Of a stretch of 64,000 bases of DNA, positions 36,863-47,710 are shown in pieces. Below the pieces are notes generated by a model. The model was not told the DNA's origin and ran no database searches. It worked only from the letters and a program-made list of their open reading frames with translations. A program made the position numbers and the translations under genes. The stretch lies in NCBI RefSeq assembly GCF_058153355.1, contig NZ_CM177019.1; one strand, 5' to 3'. Each line of letters opens with the position of its first letter. Position 1 is the first letter of the stretch.

Positions 36863-36892
36863 ATATCAATACGGTTCTGGCGAGCCGCTTAC

Positions 36893-36900
36893 AGATAAAC
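36893..36900. repeat. Target-site duplication AGATAAAC (right copy) of the IS66-family insertion
   Basis: Identical to 34416-34423. Confidence 0.9.
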
Positions 36901-36968
36901 CAGATAATGACAAAGTATATGTTCACACCAATCACATAAAAAATTAATATTTTAGAGAATAGTGCCAT
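36893..36968 (-). pseudogene. ghoT: ghoT 5' fragment (start codon plus about 25 codons) truncated by the IS66-family insertion
   Basis: Minus-strand ATG at 36966-36968; MALFSKILIFYVIGVNIYFVIIWFI then reads straight into the IS right inverted repeat. Confidence 0.85.
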
Positions 36969-36995
36969 TTTTTATGTTCTTCTTATCCTTCCTGA

Positions 36996-37292
36996 CTACT
37001 TGTAAAACTGACGGAAATAGTCATCAACTGTCATAATGTTGAGGTCAAAATCAATATCCGGTAAGTCTAAGCATTTGAGCCTGATTAAATCTTCGATTTC
37101 ACTTGCGGCTAACGATGTCGTTATTGCGAAGGAATTTTCATTCAATTGTCGTGGTATCCCATATTCATCAGCCACGATAGAGGAGAAATTCATATCATAC
37201 ATCAATGATCTTAACCTTAAGAACACTGAGGAATAAGATGATGGATAATCAAAAGAAACAACATAAGTATTGAACTTGTTTTTACCTTCCAT
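36996..37292 (-). CDS. ghoS: Type V antitoxin GhoS (YjdK), sequence-specific endoribonuclease, 98 aa
   Basis: MEGKNKFNTYVVSFDYPSSYSSVFLRLRSLMYDMNFSSIVADEYGIPRQLNENSF…; immediately upstream of ghoT on the same strand. Confidence 0.88.
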   Translation of the reverse strand: MEGKNKFNTYVVSFDYPSSYSSVFLRLRSLMYDMNFSSIVADEYGIPRQLNENSFAITTSLAASEIEDLIRLKCLDLPDIDFDLNIMTVDDYFRQFYK

Positions 37293-37518
37293 AATATGAC
37301 TCCTATCAATATTAAACGCTCTGGGGACGCACAACTTATTAACCCCGATCGATGATTCTCATATAGGAGATATTCTTTTTTTTGCTCAGTAAAGGGGATG
37401 ACTTGGGACAAGAAAACGCTCTCTCTGACCATTCTTTGTGCATCCCCCTACCCTTCAGATGCTCTCCTGCATCACACCGCGGAGAGCATGAAAAATATCG
37501 TGACTCTGTACTCTCCCA

Positions 37519-37791
37519 TCAACTGCGAATATCATCATACTCCCGTGTTTTATCAAATTCGTGTTTCGCAAATGGACATAATGGGATAATTTTTCGTTTT
37601 TCCCGACGCATTTTTTCCACGACTTTCGCAACCAGCTGTTTACCAATCCCTTGTCCTTTCAGGCTTTCATCGACATCGGTATGTTCGATAATCGCTAAAT
37701 TCTCTCCGGTCGGCACAAAGACAATTTCAGCGATTTGCTTGCCCTGTTCGTCATTAATGTAAAATTTATTGTGGCCTTCGTGTATTTCCAT
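37519..37791 (-). CDS. yjdJ: Putative GNAT-type acetyltransferase YjdJ (90 aa)
   Basis: [57 protein letters not shown]…. Confidence 0.85.
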   Translation of the reverse strand: MEIHEGHNKFYINDEQGKQIAEIVFVPTGENLAIIEHTDVDESLKGQGIGKQLVAKVVEKMRREKRKIIPLCPFAKHEFDKTREYDDIRS

Positions 37792-37802
37792 TTTACCCTC
37801 GC

Positions 37803-38033
37803 TTATTTATGACGGTATTTCAGCGCGCCGCTCGGGCACGTATCAATCACTTTAACCACAGTGGCAACGTCGACTTCATCCGGCATGATCCACGGCTTTC
37901 GTTTGAGATTAAATAACTTGCCGTTGCCACGTACGCAATTGCCAGAATGCTGACATATCGCAGTGTTGAAATAGACATCGATCTTTTCGCCGGTATAACA
38001 GCGATAACCCCCGTCCAGTAGCGCCTGATCCAT
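37803..38033 (-). CDS. yjdI: Small cysteine-rich (putative Fe-S) protein YjdI (76 aa)
   Basis: [59 protein letters not shown]… with four conserved Cys. Confidence 0.85.
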   Translation of the reverse strand: MDQALLDGGYRCYTGEKIDVYFNTAICQHSGNCVRGNGKLFNLKRKPWIMPDEVDVATVVKVIDTCPSGALKYRHK

Positions 38034-38213
38034 GACCTTCCCTCTCTCATCAGTATGGTTTTCACTATAAGCATAGCCCTGGAATCTTCATACAGCACTG
38101 GCAGTTTCCGTTGCCAGAGTCTCTTCCCCTATATAGCCAATCATTCTTACTCCCTTTGAATTACCCGCCTCATCAGAGATAATGCTTAAGAAATTTGTCA
38201 CACAAGGAAGCTG

Positions 38214-39845
38214 ATGAGACATTCATTGCCCTACCGCATATTACGCAAACGTCCGATGAAATTGAGTACCACTGTGATCTTAATGGTCAGCGCGGTACTG
38301 TTCTCGGTGCTATTGGTGGTGCATCTGATTTACTTCTCGCAAATCAGTGATATGACGCGAGACGGGCTAGCCAACAAGGCACTGGCAGTGGCGCGTACTC
38401 TCGCCGACTCGCCGGAAATCCGTCAGGGCTTGCAGAAAAAACCGCAGGAGAGCGGCATCCAGGCCATCGCGGAAGCCGTGCGCAAACGCAACGATCTGCT
38501 GTTTATTGTCGTTACCGATATGCAAAGTCTTCGCTACTCGCATCCTGAAGCCCAGCGTATTGGTCAGCCATTTAAAGGTGATGACATCCTTAAAGCGCTG
38601 AATGGCGAAGAAAATGTCGCTATCAATCGCGGTTTTCTGGCGCAGGCTTTACGCGTATTTACCCCCATCTACGATGAAAATCATAAACAAATTGGCGTGG
38701 TGGCGATCGGCCTTGAGTTAAGTCGCGTGACCCAACAGATCAATGACAGTCGCTGGAGCATCATCTGGTCGGTATTATTTGGCATGCTGGTCGGGCTGAT
38801 TGGCACCTGCATTCTGGTTAAGGTACTGAAAAAAATCCTTTTCGGCCTGGAACCCTACGAAATCTCCACGCTGTTTGAGCAACGCCAGGCCATGTTGCAG
38901 TCGATCAAAGAAGGCGTCGTTGCCGTGGACGATCGCGGCGAGGTCACGCTGATCAACGATGCCGCACAAGAATTGCTGAATTACCGTAAGTCGCAGGACG
39001 ATGAGAAACTGTCGACGCTAAGCCACTCGTGGTCACAGGTGGTAGATGTCTCGGAAGTGTTACGCGACGGTACCCCGCGGCGCGACGAAGAGATTACGAT
39101 TAAAGACCGGCTATTACTGATCAACACCGTTCCGGTGCGCAGTAATGGCGTTATCATCGGTGCCATTTCAACCTTCAGGGACAAAACTGAAGTACGTAAA
39201 CTGATGCAGCGACTCGATGGTCTGGTCAACTATGCTGACGCACTTCGTGAACGATCCCACGAATTTATGAATAAATTGCATGTGATTCTCGGATTATTGC
39301 ATCTGAAGAGTTATAAGCAGTTGGAAGATTACATTCTCAAAACAGCCAATAACTATCAGGAAGAGATTGGCTCTCTGCTGGGTAAGATCAAATCTCCGGT
39401 TATCGCTGGTTTTTTAATCAGCAAGATTAACCGCGCGACCGATTTAGGCCATACGCTGATTTTAAACAGTGAAAGCCAGCTGCCAGACAGCGGCAGTGAG
39501 GACCAGGTCGCGACGCTGATTACCACGTTGGGAAATCTGATAGAAAACGCGCTGGAAGCATTAGGGCCGGAACCCGGTGGCGAAATTAGCGTAACATTGC
39601 ACTACCGTCACGGCTGGCTGCACTGTGAAGTTAACGATGATGGACCGGGGATCGCACCCGACAAAATCGATCACATTTTTGACAAAGGTGTCTCGACAAA
39701 AGGAAGCGAGCGAGGCGTCGGTTTAGCACTTGTCAAACAACAGGTAGAAAATCTCGGCGGCAACATCGCCGTGGAATCGGAACCCGGGATTTTCACACAA
39801 TTTTTTGTCCAGATACCCTGGGACGGGGAGAGGTCGAACAGATGA
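38214..39845 (+). CDS. dcuS: C4-dicarboxylate sensor histidine kinase DcuS
   Basis: 543-aa ORF; two TM segments, periplasmic PAS-like domain, H-box and ATPase motifs (…GLGLALVKQ…). Confidence 0.96.
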   Translation: MRHSLPYRILRKRPMKLSTTVILMVSAVLFSVLLVVHLIYFSQISDMTRDGLANKALAVARTLADSPEIRQGLQKKPQESGIQAIAEAVRKRNDLLFIVVTDMQSLRYSHPEAQRIGQPFKGDDILKALNGEENVAINRGFLAQALRVFTPIYDENHKQIGVVAIGLELSRVTQQINDSRWSIIWSVLFGMLVGLIGTCILVKVLKKILFGLEPYEISTLFEQRQAMLQSIKEGVVAVDDRGEVTLINDAAQELLNYRKSQDDEKLSTLSHSWSQVVDVSEVLRDGTPRRDEEITIKDRLLLINTVPVRSNGVIIGAISTFRDKTEVRKLMQRLDGLVNYADALRERSHEFMNKLHVILGLLHLKSYKQLEDYILKTANNYQEEIGSLLGKIKSPVIAGFLISKINRATDLGHTLILNSESQLPDSGSEDQVATLITTLGNLIENALEALGPEPGGEISVTLHYRHGWLHCEVNDDGPGIAPDKIDHIFDKGVSTKGSERGVGLALVKQQVENLGGNIAVESEPGIFTQFFVQIPWDGERSNR

Positions 39846-40561
39846 TCAATGTATTAATTATCGATGACGACGCAATGGTCGCGGAGCTGAATCGCCGATA
39901 CGTGGCACAAATCCCAGGCTTTCAATGCTGTGGAACAGCCTCGACGCTGGAGAAAGCCAAAGAGATTATCTTCAATAGCGATACGCCTATCGACCTGATA
40001 TTGCTCGATATCTATATGCAAAAAGAGAACGGGCTCGATTTACTGCCTGTCCTGCATAACGCGCGTTGCAAAAGTGATGTGATTGTCATCTCCTCCGCAG
40101 CCGATGCGGCAACCATTAAAGATTCGCTGCATTACGGTGTCGTGGATTACCTGATCAAACCCTTCCAGGCTTCCCGCTTTGAAGAGGCGCTCACCGGCTG
40201 GCGGCAAAAGAAAATGGCGCTGGAAAAACATCAGTATTATGACCAGGCCGAGCTTGATCAGCTAATCCACGGCAGCAGCTCCAACGAGCAGGATCCTCGT
40301 CGCTTGCCAAAAGGCTTAACGCCGCAGACGTTACGCACGCTGTGCCAGTGGATTGACGCGCATCAGGACTATGAGTTTTCAACCGACGAGCTGGCTAACG
40401 AGGTTAACATCTCGCGTGTTTCCTGCCGTAAATACCTCATTTGGCTGGTCAACTGCCACATCTTGTTCACCAGTATCCATTATGGCGTCACGGGGCGTCC
40501 AGTTTACCGTTACCGTATTCAGGCAGAACACTACTCACTACTGAAACAATATTGCCAATAA
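39842..40561 (+). CDS. dcuR: C4-dicarboxylate response regulator DcuR
   Basis: 239-aa ORF MINVLIIDDDAMVAELNRRYVAQIPGF… receiver domain plus HTH; start overlaps dcuS stop by 4 bp. Confidence 0.96.
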   Translation: MINVLIIDDDAMVAELNRRYVAQIPGFQCCGTASTLEKAKEIIFNSDTPIDLILLDIYMQKENGLDLLPVLHNARCKSDVIVISSAADAATIKDSLHYGVVDYLIKPFQASRFEEALTGWRQKKMALEKHQYYDQAELDQLIHGSSSNEQDPRRLPKGLTPQTLRTLCQWIDAHQDYEFSTDELANEVNISRVSCRKYLIWLVNCHILFTSIHYGVTGRPVYRYRIQAEHYSLLKQYCQ

Positions 40562-41131
40562 CGGATCGCTGGTTATCTGTAAGTAATAATTATTACCGTA
40601 ATGCAAAATACCCCTGGCACAAGTTACATCGTTCATCAGTAAAACTTGTGCCAGATCAAATATAATTATCCCTCCATCATCGCTAAAAATTAATATCTCT
40701 TCAGGTGAACGGTGTTTTTAATTTCAAAACGCTAACAAAAGTTAATTAACTATTATGTCACCCACATTATGTATATTTTTACCCACAAATGGGTAGATCA
40801 GATTAATCTATAAACCTAATGATATCTGCCCTGAGAACAAAAAACAGACCGATAAATATCAATAAGATAACAGCAAACAAAACATTAACATCTGCGTAGT
40901 ACAAACTATAAACCCATCGCCAGAGAGTATTTCTCTCTGAAAAAACCGCTTATCACAGTGCATAAATTTGCCGCTGCTTTAATCAGCCAATATTCACTGT
41001 GAGGTATTTACTCAAGCCGGTAACGACCAAACGGATATTTAGTCAAGCTCTGAAAACAGTTCATACAAAACAGAACGTGACTGTGATCTATTCAGCAAAA
41101 ATTTAAATAGGATTATCGCGAGGGTTTACAC

Positions 41132-42472
41132 ATGTTATTTACTATCCAACTTATCATAATACTGATATGTCTGTTTTATGGTGCCAGAAAGGGCGGTATC
41201 GCGCTGGGTTTATTAGGCGGTATCGGCCTGGTCATTCTGGTCTTCGTCTTCCACCTTCAGCCAGGTAAACCACCGGTTGATGTCATGCTGGTTATCATTG
41301 CGGTGGTGGCGGCCTCGGCGACCTTGCAAGCTTCGGGCGGTCTTGATGTCATGCTGCAAATTGCCGAGAAGCTGCTGCGCCGCAATCCGAAATATGTCTC
41401 CATTGTCGCACCGTTTGTAACCTGCACGCTGACCATTCTTTGCGGTACGGGCCACGTGGTTTACACCATTCTGCCGATCATCTACGACGTTGCTATTAAG
41501 AACAACATCCGTCCGGAACGTCCGATGGCGGCAAGTTCTATCGGTGCACAGATGGGGATTATCGCAAGCCCAGTGTCGGTTGCGGTCGTATCTCTGGTTG
41601 CGATGCTGGGTAATGTCACCTTTGATGGTCGCCATCTTGAGTTCCTCGACCTGCTGGCAATCACCATTCCATCGACGTTAATCGGTATCCTGGCGATCGG
41701 TATCTTCAGTTGGTTCCGCGGTAAAGATCTGGATAAAGATGAAGAGTTCCAGAAATTCATCTCCGTACCGGAAAACCGTGAGTATGTTTACGGTGATACC
41801 GCGACGCTGCTGGATAAAAAACTGCCGAAAAGCAACTGGCTGGCAATGTGGATCTTCCTCGGGGCAATCGCTGTAGTTGCACTTCTTGGTGCTGATTCGG
41901 ACCTGCGTCCATCCTTCGGTGGCAAACCGCTGTCGATGGTACTGGTTATTCAGATGTTTATGCTGCTAACCGGGGCGCTGATTATTATCCTGACCAAAAC
42001 CAATCCTGCGTCTATCTCAAAAAACGAAGTCTTCCGTTCCGGTATGATCGCCATCGTGGCGGTGTACGGTATCGCATGGATGGCGGAAACCATGTTCGGT
42101 GCGCATATGTCTGAAATTCAGGGCGTACTGGGTGAAATGGTGAAAGAGTATCCGTGGGCCTATGCCATTGTTCTGCTGCTGGTTTCCAAGTTTGTAAACT
42201 CTCAGGCCGCGGCGCTAGCGGCGATTGTTCCGGTCGCGCTGGCGATCGGCGTTGACCCGGCATACATCGTGGCTTCAGCACCGGCTTGCTATGGTTATTA
42301 CATCCTGCCGACTTATCCGAGCGACCTGGCAGCGATTCAGTTTGACCGTTCCGGCACCACCCACATCGGTCGCTTCGTCATCAACCACAGCTTTATTCTG
42401 CCGGGGTTGATTGGTGTGAGCGTATCGTGCGTCTTCGGCTGGATCTTCGCTGCGATGTACGGGTTCTTATAA
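41132..42472 (+). CDS. dcuB: Anaerobic C4-dicarboxylate (fumarate/succinate) antiporter DcuB
   Basis: 446-aa [36 protein letters not shown]…; about 570 bp of AT-rich regulatory DNA upstream. Confidence 0.97.
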
Positions 42473-42549
42473 ATGCACTTTGCGTGCCGCCCGTGACTGC
42501 GCGGCACGCCATTTTCGAATAACAAATACAGAGTTACAGGCTGGAAGCT

Positions 42550-44196
42550 ATGTCAAACAAACCCTTTATCTACCAGGCACCTTTCCCGATGGGGAAAGAC
42601 AATACCGAATACTATCTACTCACGTCCGATTACGTTAGCGTTGCCGACTTCGACGGCGAAACCATCCTGAAAGTGGAACCAGAAGCCCTGACCTTGCTGG
42701 CGCAGCAAGCCTTCCACGACGCTTCTTTCATGCTCCGCCCGGCACACCAGAAACAGGTCGCGGCTATTCTTCAAGATCCAGAAGCCAGCGAAAACGACAA
42801 GTACGTGGCGCTGCAATTCTTAAGAAACTCAGAAATCGCCGCCAAAGGCGTGCTGCCGACCTGCCAGGACACCGGCACCGCGATCATCGTCGGTAAAAAA
42901 GGTCAGCGCGTGTGGACCGGTGGCGGCGATGAAGAAGCGCTGTCGAAAGGTGTCTATAACACCTATATCGAAGATAACCTACGTTACTCACAAAACGCGC
43001 CGCTGGACATGTACAAAGAGGTCAACACCGGCACGAACCTGCCTGCGCAAATCGACCTGTACGCGGTAGATGGCGACGAATACAAATTCCTCTGCGTCGC
43101 CAAAGGCGGTGGCTCTGCCAATAAAACGTATCTCTACCAGGAAACCAAAGCTTTGCTGACTCCCGGCAAACTGAAAAACTTCCTCGTCGAGAAAATGCGT
43201 ACACTCGGTACTGCAGCCTGCCCGCCGTACCATATCGCGTTTGTGATTGGCGGTACGTCTGCGGAAACCAACCTGAAAACCGTCAAGTTAGCAAGCGCTC
43301 ACTATTACGATGAACTGCCGACCGAAGGGAACGAACATGGTCAGGCGTTCCGCGATGTCCAGCTGGAACAGGAACTGCTGGAAGAGGCCCAGAAACTCGG
43401 CCTTGGCGCGCAGTTTGGCGGTAAATACTTCGCGCACGACATCCGCGTGATCCGTCTGCCACGTCACGGCGCATCCTGCCCGGTAGGTATGGGCGTCTCC
43501 TGCTCCGCTGACCGTAACATTAAAGCGAAAATCAACCGCGAAGGTATCTGGATCGAAAAACTGGAACACAATCCAGGCCAGTACATTCCACAAGAACTGC
43601 GTCAGGCCGGTGAAGGCGAAGCGGTGAAAGTCGACCTTAACCGCCCGATGAAAGAGATCCTCGCCCAGCTTTCGCAATACCCGGTATCCACCCGCTTGTC
43701 GCTCACCGGCACTATTATCGTGGGTCGCGATATTGCACATGCCAAGCTGAAAGAGCTGATTGACGCCGGTAAAGAGCTGCCGCAGTACATCAAAGATCAC
43801 CCGATCTACTACGCGGGTCCGGCGAAAACGCCTGCCGGTTATCCATCAGGTTCACTTGGCCCAACCACCGCAGGTCGTATGGACTCCTACGTGGATCTGC
43901 TGCAATCCCACGGCGGCAGCATGATCATGCTGGCGAAAGGTAACCGCAGTCAGCAGGTTACCGACGCGTGTCATAAACACGGCGGCTTCTACCTCGGTAG
44001 TATCGGCGGCCCGGCGGCGGTACTGGCGCAGCAGAGCATCAAGCATCTGGAATGCGTCGCTTATCCGGAGCTGGGTATGGAAGCTATCTGGAAAATCGAA
44101 GTAGAAGATTTCCCGGCGTTTATCCTGGTCGATGACAAAGGCAACGACTTCTTCCAGCAAATCGTCAACAAACAGTGCGCGAACTGCACTAAGTAA
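42550..44196 (+). CDS. fumB: Class I (Fe-S) fumarate hydratase FumB
   Basis: 548-aa [58 protein letters not shown]…. Confidence 0.97.
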   Translation: MSNKPFIYQAPFPMGKDNTEYYLLTSDYVSVADFDGETILKVEPEALTLLAQQAFHDASFMLRPAHQKQVAAILQDPEASENDKYVALQFLRNSEIAAKGVLPTCQDTGTAIIVGKKGQRVWTGGGDEEALSKGVYNTYIEDNLRYSQNAPLDMYKEVNTGTNLPAQIDLYAVDGDEYKFLCVAKGGGSANKTYLYQETKALLTPGKLKNFLVEKMRTLGTAACPPYHIAFVIGGTSAETNLKTVKLASAHYYDELPTEGNEHGQAFRDVQLEQELLEEAQKLGLGAQFGGKYFAHDIRVIRLPRHGASCPVGMGVSCSADRNIKAKINREGIWIEKLEHNPGQYIPQELRQAGEGEAVKVDLNRPMKEILAQLSQYPVSTRLSLTGTIIVGRDIAHAKLKELIDAGKELPQYIKDHPIYYAGPAKTPAGYPSGSLGPTTAGRMDSYVDLLQSHGGSMIMLAKGNRSQQVTDACHKHGGFYLGSIGGPAAVLAQQSIKHLECVAYPELGMEAIWKIEVEDFPAFILVDDKGNDFFQQIVNKQCANCTK

Positions 44197-44318
44197 CCTC
44201 TTCGGCCCAGCGCCTGGCAGCATGCTGCCAGGTGATCCCCCTGGGCCACCTCTTTTGCGATTGTAATTTCACGCTTGCTGGTGAATAGTCAGTATTTTCC
44301 CTGACTTGCGAACTCACC

Positions 44319-44969
44319 ATGACCCGCACACTCAAGCCGTTAATTCTTAACACCGGCGCACTGGCGCTAACGTTAATCCTGATTTATACCGGCATTTCGG
44401 CCAATGACAAACTCACCTGGCTGATGGAAGTGACACCGGTGATTATTGTCGTGCCGCTACTGCTTGCCACCGCCAGACGTTACCCGTTAACGCCGCTGCT
44501 CTATACGCTCATTTTCTTTCATGCCATCATCCTGATGGTCGGCGGGCAATACACCTACGCGAAAGTCCCCGTTGGTTTTGAGGTGCAGGAATGGCTGGGG
44601 TTGAGCCGTAATCCGTATGACAAGCTGGGGCATTTTTTCCAGGGGCTGGTGCCTGCACTGGTGGCGCGAGAAATTCTCGTTCGCGGGATGTACGTGCACG
44701 GACGTAAAATGGTGGCGTTTCTGGTCTGCTGCGTGGCGCTGGCGATAAGCGCGATGTATGAATTAATCGAGTGGTGGGCAGCGCTGGCAATGGGTCAGGG
44801 AGCGGATGATTTTCTCGGCACCCAGGGCGACCAGTGGGACACACAATCCGATATGTTCTACGCGCTACTTGGTGCATTAACTACGGTGATATTCCTTGCT
44901 CGCTTTCATTGCCGCCAGCTACGGCGCTATGGCTTAATCACCAGAGCGCCGGAAGCGATTACCTCTTAA
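44319..44969 (+). CDS. yjdF: Inner membrane protein YjdF (DUF2238 family)
   Basis: 216-aa hydrophobic ORF MTRTLKPLILNTGALALTLILIYTG…; the 3' end abuts melA, so the C-terminus may be altered by the melB-removing event. Confidence 0.85.
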   Translation: MTRTLKPLILNTGALALTLILIYTGISANDKLTWLMEVTPVIIVVPLLLATARRYPLTPLLYTLIFFHAIILMVGGQYTYAKVPVGFEVQEWLGLSRNPYDKLGHFFQGLVPALVAREILVRGMYVHGRKMVAFLVCCVALAISAMYELIEWWAALAMGQGADDFLGTQGDQWDTQSDMFYALLGALTTVIFLARFHCRQLRRYGLITRAPEAITS

Positions 44970-46321
44970 CGGTGTAACCAGCCTGGCAGCCAGTCGCCGT
45001 GGGCGGCAATCAGGTCGTCAACAAGAGCATATATTTCGTCAATGCCCAGCACGGCGGCAGTATGCGGGTCCATCATCGCGGCGTGGTAAACACGGTCGCG
45101 ATTTTCTGTGAGAATGGCTTCCGTCAGCAGTGTCTGTACGTTGATATTGGTTTGCATCAGGGCGGCCAGATGCGAAGGTAGCGTACCGACTTTGGTCGGC
45201 TGAATGCCATTAGCATCAACCAGACAGGCCACTTCCACACAACATCCTTGTGGCAGGTTATCAATCAAACCATCGTTACGGACGTTGCCATAAATCACAC
45301 TCGGCTCGCCAGTCCAGATAGCGTTCATGATTGTGCTGGCATATTCCCGTGACGGTTTAATATCAATCCGGGAGGCGTTCTTATACTCCTCCAGCTCTTT
45401 ATGCCAGTTCGCCAGCTGCTCGACGCAGCGTTTCGGGTACTCATCCAGCGGTACTTTATAACGCTCAATCAAATCCTCACGACCTGGCTTAATAAACCAC
45501 GGTGTGTACTCAGCAAAATGTTCTGACGATTCCGTGACGAAGTAGCCCAGCTTTTTGAACATTTCGTAACGCACAATATTCTGGCAGCGAGTATTACCAT
45601 GAATATTTGGCTTCGGTGCCTGCCCTGCTTCATAAGCCGCCAGCAGTTCCGGGTAGAGATTCACGTAACTGCCGTCGGCGGTTTTGCGCTCCAGTTCCAG
45701 GTAAAACGCCATATGGTTGATACCCGCACAACGGTAACGCAGCGTAGCCGGGTCGATATTGAGGTCACGCGCCAGCTCTTCCGCCGTTCCCTGCACCGAA
45801 TGACACAGCCCTACCTGTTTGATATGCGGATAACGGGCATACATCGCCCAGGTATTCATCGCCATTGGGTTAACATAGTTGAGCATGGTGGCATCGGGGC
45901 AGACTTCCGTCATGTCCTCGCAAATTTGCCACAGGTGAGGAATGGTACGTAGCGCGCGCATAATACCGCCCGGCCCCAGCGTATCGGCAATGGTTTGTTC
46001 CAGACCGTGGCGCTTACAGACCTCGAAATCAGTCACCGTGCAAGGTTCATAACCGCCAATCTGAAATGCCACCACGACAAAATCGGCATCCTGTAAGGCT
46101 TCTTTCTGTTGGGTGTGGCAGGTGATTTTGCCGCTGGCCCCTGCTGAATCCATCAGCTTGCGCACCACAATATGCGACTCTTCCAGGCGGGTGGGATCAA
46201 TGTCCATCAGGGCAATATGCGCCGTTTTCAGCGCCTCGCGATGGAACACATCACCAAGAATATTTTTAACGAAAATCGTCGAACCAGCGCCGATAAATGT
46301 AATTTTGGGTGCAGACATCAT
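44966..46321 (-). CDS. melA: Alpha-galactosidase MelA (NAD/Mn-dependent GH4 family)
   Basis: 451-aa ORF MMSAPKITFIGAGSTIFVKNILGDVFHREAL… with Rossmann-type GxGS motif. Confidence 0.97.
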   Translation of the reverse strand: MMSAPKITFIGAGSTIFVKNILGDVFHREALKTAHIALMDIDPTRLEESHIVVRKLMDSAGASGKITCHTQQKEALQDADFVVVAFQIGGYEPCTVTDFEVCKRHGLEQTIADTLGPGGIMRALRTIPHLWQICEDMTEVCPDATMLNYVNPMAMNTWAMYARYPHIKQVGLCHSVQGTAEELARDLNIDPATLRYRCAGINHMAFYLELERKTADGSYVNLYPELLAAYEAGQAPKPNIHGNTRCQNIVRYEMFKKLGYFVTESSEHFAEYTPWFIKPGREDLIERYKVPLDEYPKRCVEQLANWHKELEEYKNASRIDIKPSREYASTIMNAIWTGEPSVIYGNVRNDGLIDNLPQGCCVEVACLVDANGIQPTKVGTLPSHLAALMQTNINVQTLLTEAILTENRDRVYHAAMMDPHTAAVLGIDEIYALVDDLIAAHGDWLPGWLHR

Positions 46322-46603
46322 GCAGATCTCCTGGCTTGCTTGAATAACTTCATCATGGCAGGCGAATCTGCAGAAAACCTCCGGCTTCCAGGTTGAGCAT
46401 TCCCATAAACTCAGATCCTGCGTGAAGTGTCAGTAAATCTGAGTTTATGGGAATAAATTACCTGAAAAGCAGAGTTTTCGGCCTCATGGTACTCGGATGA
46501 TCCCTTCGCCCCTCTGGCAAGAGGGCGAAAACCGTGCTCCCACTCGCAGTCATCCTCCCTCACTCCTGCCATAATTCTGATATTCCAGGAAAGAGAGTCA
46601 TCC

Positions 46604-47512
46604 ATGAATACAGATACGTTTATGTGCAGCAGCGACGAAAAACAGACCCGCAGCCCGCTGTCGCTGTATTCGGAATACCAGCGGATGGAGATTGAGTTTC
46701 GCGCACCGCATATCATGCCCACCAGCCACTGGCATGGTCAGGTCGAAGTGAATGTGCCTTTCGATGGCGATGTGGAATACCTGATCAACAATGAAAAAGT
46801 GAGTATCAATCAGGGACATATCACGCTGTTCTGGGCCTGTACACCGCACCAACTAACAGATACCGGAACCTGTCAGAGCATGGCGATTTTTAATCTGCCG
46901 ATGCATCTGTTTCTCTCCTGGCCGCTGGATAAAGACCTGATTAACCACGTCACTCACGGCATGGTGATCAAATCACTGGCGACACAGCAACTTAGCCCGT
47001 TTGAAGTGCGCCGCTGGCAGCAGGAATTGAACAGTCCGAACGAGCAAATTCGCCAGCTCGCCATTGATGAAATTGGCCTGATGCTCAAGCGATTTAGCCT
47101 CTCTGGCTGGGAACCGATTCTGGTCAATAAAACCTCGCGCACACACAAAAACAGCGTCTCGCGCCATGCGCAATTTTATGTCAGCCAGATGCTGGGCTTT
47201 ATTGCCGAAAACTATGATCAGGCGCTGACCATCAACGATGTGGCTGAGCACGTCAAACTTAACGCCAACTATGCAATGGGGATATTCCAGCGGGTCATGC
47301 AATTGACGATGAAACAGTACATTACTGCGATGCGCATCAACCACGTTCGTGCGTTACTGAGCGATACCGATAAAAGTATTCTCGATATTGCCCTGACGGC
47401 AGGCTTTCGTTCGAGTAGCCGTTTTTACAGCACGTTCGGCAAATATGTCGGCATGTCACCGCAACAATACCGCAAACTTAGCCAACAGCGCCGCCAGACG
47501 TTTCCCGGCTAA
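46604..47512 (+). CDS. melR: AraC-family melibiose operon activator MelR
   Basis: 302-aa ORF; C-terminal AraC-type HTH (…ILDIALTAGFRSSSRFYSTFGKYVGMSPQQYR…). Confidence 0.96.
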   Translation: MNTDTFMCSSDEKQTRSPLSLYSEYQRMEIEFRAPHIMPTSHWHGQVEVNVPFDGDVEYLINNEKVSINQGHITLFWACTPHQLTDTGTCQSMAIFNLPMHLFLSWPLDKDLINHVTHGMVIKSLATQQLSPFEVRRWQQELNSPNEQIRQLAIDEIGLMLKRFSLSGWEPILVNKTSRTHKNSVSRHAQFYVSQMLGFIAENYDQALTINDVAEHVKLNANYAMGIFQRVMQLTMKQYITAMRINHVRALLSDTDKSILDIALTAGFRSSSRFYSTFGKYVGMSPQQYRKLSQQRRQTFPG

Positions 47513-47710
47513 AGACGATATCAGTATCAGCCAAAAAAATAGTTTAGCCGTCGATAATAAGCAGTGAAAATAAATCAAAATAATCACATAACATATTGTT
47601 TATAAAAATGAATATTTAAAAAATGTTTGTTTTTCATGCGCTTTACAGCCCGAAAAGGCCGGAAGATACTTGCCCGCAACGAAGATTCCTTCATAACCGG
47701 GTAAGCAATG

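Larger units (their letters stand above)
34424..36892 (+). mobile_element. IS66-family insertion sequence (2469 bp) with three-ORF organisation tnpA-tnpB-tnpC
   Basis: Imperfect terminal inverted repeats GTAAGCGTCTTATCAGGACCGT (left) and GTAAGCGGCTCGCCAGAACCGT (right, reverse complement); 8-bp direct repeat flanks; IS66-type gene triplet. Confidence 0.9.
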
